Shown: positions 56,721 through 64,000 of the stretch, piece after piece | How positions within the stretch are numbered: the first letter of the stretch is position 1 | How the letters are laid out: each line of letters opens with the position of its first letter | DNA from: the human T2T-CHM13v2.0 reference genome, Homo sapiens | Strand: one strand, 5' to 3' | DNA length: 64,000 nucleotides | Assembly: GCF_009914755.1 (NCBI RefSeq) | Contig: NC_060941.1 | Made by a program: the position numbers and the translations under genes | Notes under the pieces: model-generated | The model's database searches: none | The model's input: only the letters and a program-made list of their open reading frames with translations | What the model was told of the DNA's origin: nothing

Positions 56721-58315
56721 ATCCACAGAGCCAGTGTGCAGGGCAAGTCGGGGGAAGAGTAGAGTTGCTTTCTGTCTGCACCCCACCAAGCCAGCCCAAC
56801 TCATTCATTTACCTGGTTACTTTATATTTTCCATTTTTTATATTAAACTGGCATGACTTATAGAGAGAATGAAAAATAAACTCTGTTTTTAAAAGGGAAG
56901 AAAAGAGCTTTGCACTCTACATTTCAGAGTTTTAAGATTGATGAGAAGGCGTCCTGACAAGAGTCTGGGTTGACCAGGAGAGGAAGGAAATGAGGCATAC
57001 GCTTGGGAATTGGGAAGTAGGTTTCTTCAAGGTTTTGTGTCTAAATAAGTCTACAGACTTCAGCAAAAACAAGTTAAAGAGCAAGCTCCGAAGTACATTA
57101 GCCACCCTGAACAATGTGATCCAGGTACCTTGCCCCAGAAAACATAGTCTGGCAATTTTAGACTGGCATAGCCGGCAATTTTAGAATATGAAAGGCTTCT
57201 TCTAGCATAAACACTTTCTTTCTTGCAAATTCCTGAGAAATGAACACTCAACCTGCTCTCAGGTCACACAAGGGAGAGACCTCAGGGAGAGAATTGTTTA
57301 CAGCCTGGGTGAGCTCTTTACAGACACCTCAAGAGAGCCTAGATCTTCTGACTTCAAGTCAGGGTCTCTGAGGCCATGTTTCATATCTAAGGAAAAAAAT
57401 AGTTTCATTGTTTTAAAGAAATGCCAAGCTGAAAATATGAGGGGAAAAAAATGGATAAGCTACACCATGCCCTTTGAATCATTTGGGTGCTTTATGCATA
57501 GATTTTTATCCTTAAAAATAGAGAGGGGAATTAGGTTATGTTTGGAAGGGCTGAACCATCAGATCTGGATTGCCCAGTGGCCAGCCCCGGGTGATGTCTG
57601 CCTATTGATTGTAGAGACACTGGGAAAAAGATGTGAAGACTGATCTAAAGTTACCAGCTCTGGAGAGGTTGCCAGTGCCTGATAATTGGCACACATGGAA
57701 CGCAAGTCCATCTGAGAAGAGCAGGCTGGGTTCGCGCTGACTGGGGCTCCCTGGATGGAAACACCCCACCTCACCCCGACCTGTGAAAGAGACACCCACC
57801 TTGCTGCTCATTGCAAAGGGTGGTCTGTGCTTTGTGGAACTTCATGCCCCTCCTGAGCCCAATGCTCAATTCAGGAGGCCTCATTCGCCCGCTTGATGCT
57901 GATGGTTGAATGTGGTCTCCTTCCATCCTGGATTGCACTCTCAATTTGCAAGGATAAAGAAGGGAGACTTTCTGCAAAGATGATGCTCCCATTCATGATA
58001 AGGGGCAACATGCATTTCAGCTTCCTGCAGCCCAGGTTGGTGCCAGGGTGGAGGTGGGAGCTGATCATTTGCAAGGAGACGCAGAGAGATGTCGCCACAC
58101 CTTCACTGAGAAGCACATCTGCTGCCAGAGTCCGCTTGTACTGATAGTGGAACATGGTCAGCTCTCTGGCTGTGATGTCCCCGCCAGCAGGAGGACATCC
58201 AGGCCCCTGATGGATGGGGTGGCTCTCTTATTTATCAAGCCATCAGAGTCTGCTACCTACCAGCACCTCAGCCTCTTCTGTTCCTCGTTCCACTAGTTCT
58301 TCGTGGTCTTGAACA

Positions 58316-58695
58316 CTGCTTGTCCCCCAAGATGGCTCTCCCTTCTTCCTGAGCACATGGTGAAACTACATTTCCCAACTTCCCTTGCAGTTAGGTGGGG
58401 GCCATATAACTAAGATGTCTTCAAACAAATGTGAGCGGAAATGAGGGGTGCCACTGCCAAGCCTGAGCCTTCTCTACGTTCTCTCCCTTTCCCAGTGGCT
58501 GGAACCACAGCAGCTGAGCCTCAACCTATAGACAAAACCAAGGCCTGATGGAAGGAATTTGAGTGCCTCCAGGACTCTGTGGAACACTCACCTCAAACTG
58601 CTACACAACAAAGAAGTAAACTCTGTCTTACATAAGCTACTCAATTACTATCGGGTCTATTGGTTACAGCAGCCAAGCCTGACTTCTTACCAATA
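58316..58695. mobile_element. MLT1J/LTR16-like LTR
   Basis: actacatttcccaacttcccttgcagttaggtggggccat...aagaagtaaactct...gttacagcagccaagcctga. Confidence 0.65.
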
Positions 58696-60409
58696 CTCCC
58701 ACTGCCTCCCGACTAAGAAGGCAGCAGTTCTCACCCCAGGGAGGTAGGGCAAGAGAAAGGTTTCTTAGAGGCAGAAACCACAATATAGAGAAGCATTCTG
58801 TCTGAGGCATCACCTAGGTGAGACCAGAGGCCAAGAAGACAAACCCCAAACCGTTCTGATTTCTCCTCCTTTCTTAATTATAATCCCATTTGTAAGCCAA
58901 ACCCTTCATTCTGTCTCTCTTAATGGCTAGTTTCTATTCTGGTCCTTTTTCAACCCTATTCTCTTTTGCAATATTCAGGAGCTCAGGCAATGAAGGGGTA
59001 AGGCTGTTCCCTTAGAACGCCAGTCCCTTCTCTATCTTTTTAAATATTTCAGTTGCTCCCAATCCTTATTTTTGCATTTCGATTTCCTGTGGTACAGTAA
59101 ATTTATCTTGGTCACTCAATCAAGTTCTACCTGGCTCTCTCCCCTCTTATCTCTCCTGCTCCGGGCTGACTGAAAATACCTACATTATCTTTGCAGCCAA
59201 TATGCCGACTGGAAAAAAAATCTACAGATTGTCTTGATAGGGAGTCATCTGAGGGAAAACTTGGAAATGCTGGACTTGTCAGGACAAGGATGAAGTGTGA
59301 AACCTCAGTCAGTGACTTTCTTTCAAGGTTAACCGCATGGCGCAGGCCTCTTCCAGAGGCATTTATAAGGACTCTCCTCCTCTTTGTTTCAGTTCAGAAA
59401 GAGACCTTCCTCCGTATCTTTGTCCTCCCACGGAATAGGTTTACTCCTCACCACACCCCCTCACCTGGCCGTGGATCGCCTTGACCCGTGAGTCCCTGAG
59501 CCCCAGGCTTCCCACTTGTGACACCAATGTGCCATTTGCAAATTACTGCAAATATCAGTAGAGAGCTCCCAGCAGAACCCTACAACCTAAGTTTGAGAGA
59601 AAAGTTCTATCTTTGCTGCCTGGAATCCTGAGGCTCTCGAATCAGAGAATCTCTCCTTTGACTACGTTTTTCCCCCTCCTGGAGATTAGAACGTGGGGAG
59701 GATGGCAGGTGAAAATCTGTTCTTTTTAAAGAGGATTGCTGGATCCGGAACCAAATCTCAGTGGCAGGCCTTACTGAATGACCCTAAGCCCCCTCAGCTT
59801 TGGCGACAGATGGACTTTGCATGCGGCTCACTCTCTGGGAAAGTGCGTGGATATTGGGCCGCCAGCTGGCTTCATTTCCACCAAACCATAGCCTCTTGAT
59901 GAGTAGCCTCATCACTCGGGCACTGGCCAGTGGGAAGGAGGGAGAGTGCAGGTCCTTGTCACGCAGGCTGACTGATGGTCGGTCGACCCACGTAGATCCA
60001 GGCCATAAACAACAGTTACTTGTTTGAGGTCCACATTGTATTGTCTTATCTGTTCAGAAGCCACAGATAATTTGAGGTCCCTCTCCTCAAAGGACACAAG
60101 GCCTTCAGCCTCAGCTCTTGGCTACATGTGGCCACCCCTCTCAAAGTTGGTAAGAAAAACCCTTCCCTCCTGCCTTAGAGCTTTTTCTTCTCCTTTCAGC
60201 CCACTTATTCCCCTCCCTTTGGGTTCCACTTCTGCTCACTCCTTGGGACATATCTCAGTCATTTTGTCCCATTGCATTTGATGACTCTGGACTTAGGGAT
60301 GGGGAACAAGATATGCGTTTGGATCCTGCCAGATGGATTCCTCTTTGCAAATTTCTTGTGTGTTATAAGAGCAGCTCTGGTTTCTTCTTCGAGGTTTTAA
60401 CACTTAGGA

Positions 60410-60815
60410 ATTACATTTATCTTCCTGTAAGAGAGATCTGATCGATGTGGCCTAAACAGGATAAAGATTTATTTCTCTCTTGTGTTATAGAAAAAAAAGA
60501 AAGAGTCCGGAATAAGGCAGCCCAGAGCTGATCTGAGAGCTCCCAGGATCCTTTTTGCCTCTGTTCCACCATCCTCAGCACGTGGCTTCCATCCACACCA
60601 TGGCTTCACAGTGGCTGCTGGAGCTCCAGTCATCATGTTTATATTCCAAGCAGGAGAAAAGAGAAACAGCCAAAGAGTTTCCACTTAATTGACTATATCT
60701 AATGGCAAAGGAGACTGGAAACTAGTTTATCACCTGGGCATGTTGTCCAAGGTCCTGACACTAAGGAAGAAAATAATGGATATCGGGAAGGCAACTGAGA
60801 GTGTTTGCCACAGAG
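60410..60815 (-). mobile_element. MLT1-family LTR
   Basis: tttatttctctct...gttccaccatcctcagc..ggctgctggagctccagtcatcatg...gcaaaggagactggaaa..gggaaggcaact. Confidence 0.7.
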
Positions 60816-61380
60816 GCAATCAGAGTGGTGGGGAGGAGTGGAAACACTGGGCCCAGATGCCATCCTTTGCTCCACTAATCACCAGGCGGGAGAGTTTGGA
60901 TGAGTTACTTAATTTCTCTGTTCTTCTACGTCCTCATCTTTATACTTGCAGTAACCACAGTACTGACCTCACTGTCAGCAATACTATTATTGGTTGATTA
61001 TTAGATGGATTATATAGGAAGCTACAGTGTTCCGGTGCATGGTAAGTGCTTGGTAAATGCTAGTTTTTGTCATTCCTCTGCCTATAGTGGCATTATTGAT
61101 GCCCTCAACTGTTACCCTGCCTGGTACACACCCTTGCCCAAAGGCAGAATTGCATTTGGGCTCAGCTAAGGGAGTAGGGAAGAAAGGTTACAGTGCATCT
61201 CTTTAATTTCCCACTCCCAGGGCCCAAAGGACTCAAGTCACTTTGGAATGTCCCTTCCTTGTCCTCTCCCTTTTCCCACTAGAAGGACAAGGAGCAGAGA
61301 ACACAGAGGAGGTGATGCAGAATGATGTCTCCATGTCCTTTCTATCCATCCCAAGCCCCAAGTTCGTATTGAAAATGCCA

Positions 61381-61512
61381 GGCCGGGTGTGATGGCTCAA
61401 ACCTGTAATCTCAGCTGAGGTGGGAGGATTGCTTGGGCCCAGGAGTTTGAGACCAGCCTGGGCAATATAGTGAGACCCCATCTCTTAAAAAAAAAAAAAA
61501 GAAAGAAAGAAA
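61381..61512 (+). mobile_element. Alu monomer (FLAM-like) with a deletion
   Basis: Single arm plus A-tail; atgcca repeated at the flanks. Confidence 0.85.
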
Positions 61513-61622
61513 CATGCCAGCCCTCTTACTGTAGTCATTGCCAAGGATAACTGTGCATAACCCTGGTCCAGGGGCTTGGGGAATCCACTTGGCCCTTGCC
61601 CCAGGGAATTTACAGTCTAGAA

Positions 61623-61839
61623 CAGGGATCGGCAAACTATAGCCTGCTGGCAAAATCTAGCCTGACAGCTATTTTTGTAGATAAAGTTTTAGTGGAAAAT
61701 GGTCACATTCAACTGTTTATATATTGTCTATGGCTGCTGTTACATTACAACAGCAGAGTTTTGTACTGCAGTAGACATGGCCCACAAAGCCAAAATTCTT
61801 ACTCTCTGGCTCTTCACGAAGAAAGTCTGCCAATTTCTG
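61623..61839. mobile_element. MER58A (hAT-Charlie)
   Basis: cagggatcggcaaactatagcc...ataaagttttagtggaa...gccaatttctg; 8-bp TSD gtctagaa / ttctagaa. Confidence 0.85.
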
Positions 61840-62129
61840 TTCTAGAAGGAGAAAAAGAACACACGTTTAAAAATATCAACAGGGGAACATAATCAAACAG
61901 TAGATTGGATGACATATGTAAAGGTAAAGTGAAGAGCCTGGAAGAACTGAAAGCGACAGCTAGCAGCGCGTATGTACAGAGAGAAGAGGAGTGGAACAGA
62001 ATGAGGATATGGGCAAAGCTAACCTTGGCCTGATCTGTTATGCTTTGTTTTATAAGGATAGTAGACTTAGGTAGTTAAAAACTAATTTTTAAAAGAGTAT
62101 ATTGATTGCTGGAAAGACTGTGACATGTT

Positions 62130-63035
<906 letters not shown>

Positions 63036-63107
63036 AGAACATCTTGGTTTTATTTTCATGAGGGGGAACCTGCATATCATCTTGAATTCTAGGGGTTTTC
63101 AAAGAGT

Positions 63108-63450
63108 GCTGTCATGAACTGAACGTTCCTATGTTGAAATCCTAACCTCCAGTGTGATGGTAGCAGGAGGTGGGGCATTTGGGAGGTGCTGAGGTCATGA
63201 GGGTAGAGCTCTCATGAATGGGATTAGTGCCCTTAGAAAAGAGGCCCCAGAGAGTTCCATCATCTTTTCTCCACATGAGGACTCAGTGAGAACATAGCCA
63301 TCTCTCAACCAGGAAGCAGACCTTCATGAGGCACCAAATCTGCCAGGGCCTTGACCTTGAACTTCCCGGCCTCCAGAACTGTGAGAAATAAATTTCTGTT
63401 GTTTATAAACCACCCAATCTAAGGTATAGCAGCCCAAACAGACTAAGACA
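63108..63450 (+). mobile_element. MLT1A-like MaLR LTR
   Basis: atgttgaaatcctaacctccagtgtgatgg...ctctcatgaatgggattagtgccc...ctccagaactgtgagaaataaatttctgttg..gactaagaca. Confidence 0.9.
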
Positions 63451-63782
63451 GGTGCCAAGTTGATCAGAGATTCCGTGAAAACAGAAAAGAGAAGGTGGGT
63501 GTTAATCACCTCATTTCTATAGGGTCAGGAAAGCAAATAGAGGGAAAGGAGAGATTTACACTCCATTCCACCAAACTGACAGGCCAGAAGCATGCTCTGT
63601 GGACACAGCCCCACCGCATGCTCCTTCACCGTGCTCCATCCTCCACTGCTGAGAGCCTGGTGGGTAGGGGCTTAAAGGGCCAGCCTCTCCCCACTCCACA
63701 GAGTGAGGTTTCAGCTTCTTCCAGGAGCAGGGGTCCAGCTCTTCAAGAGAGAGGGAGAGGAGAGAGGGTCAAGGATGAACAG

Positions 63783-64000
63783 GGTCCAGGCTCGGTGACT
63801 TATGCCTGTAATCCCAGCACTTTGGGGGGCTGAGGTGGGCAGATCACTTGAGGTCAGGAGTTTGAGACCAGCCTGGCCAATATGGTGAAACCCTGCCTCT
63901 ACTAAAAATACTAAAAATGCAAAAATTAGCTGGGTGTGGTGGTGGGCACCTGTAATTCCAGCTACTCGGGATGTTGAGGCAGGAGAATCACTTGAACCCG
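63783..64000 (+). mobile_element. Alu (AluS-like), cut by the window end
   Basis: Left arm and the start of the right arm. Confidence 0.93.

Overview
This is primate (almost certainly human) genomic DNA: rich in Alu, MIR, L1, L2, MaLR and MER repeats and depleted in CpG. It holds one credible protein-coding gene, an intronless 153-aa coiled-coil ORF on the minus strand (28070-28531) that I recognise as CCDC182. From memory this places the window at chr17q22, in the gene-poor interval between MSI2 and MRPS23; I did not verify that by search. All other ORFs in the track look like chance ORFs or translations of repeats. The rest is a mosaic of about 25 Alu elements or fragments, old LINEs (L1M, L2, and a CR1/L3 piece with a still-readable reverse-transcriptase motif), LTRs (MLT1/MST, ERVL-like, a probable MamGypLTR1), hAT and Tigger MITEs, and microsatellites. 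Between these lie several repeat-free islands dense in homeodomain, PBX-MEIS, SOX, MEF2 and E-box motifs that look like candidate enhancers. I found no evidence of a wholly new genetic system. The best leads are the orphan CCDC182 unit with its compact testis-type promoter, the candidate enhancer islands, and several nested or rearranged transposon structures. Repeat family names come from recalled consensus sequences. Boundaries of old repeats are approximate.
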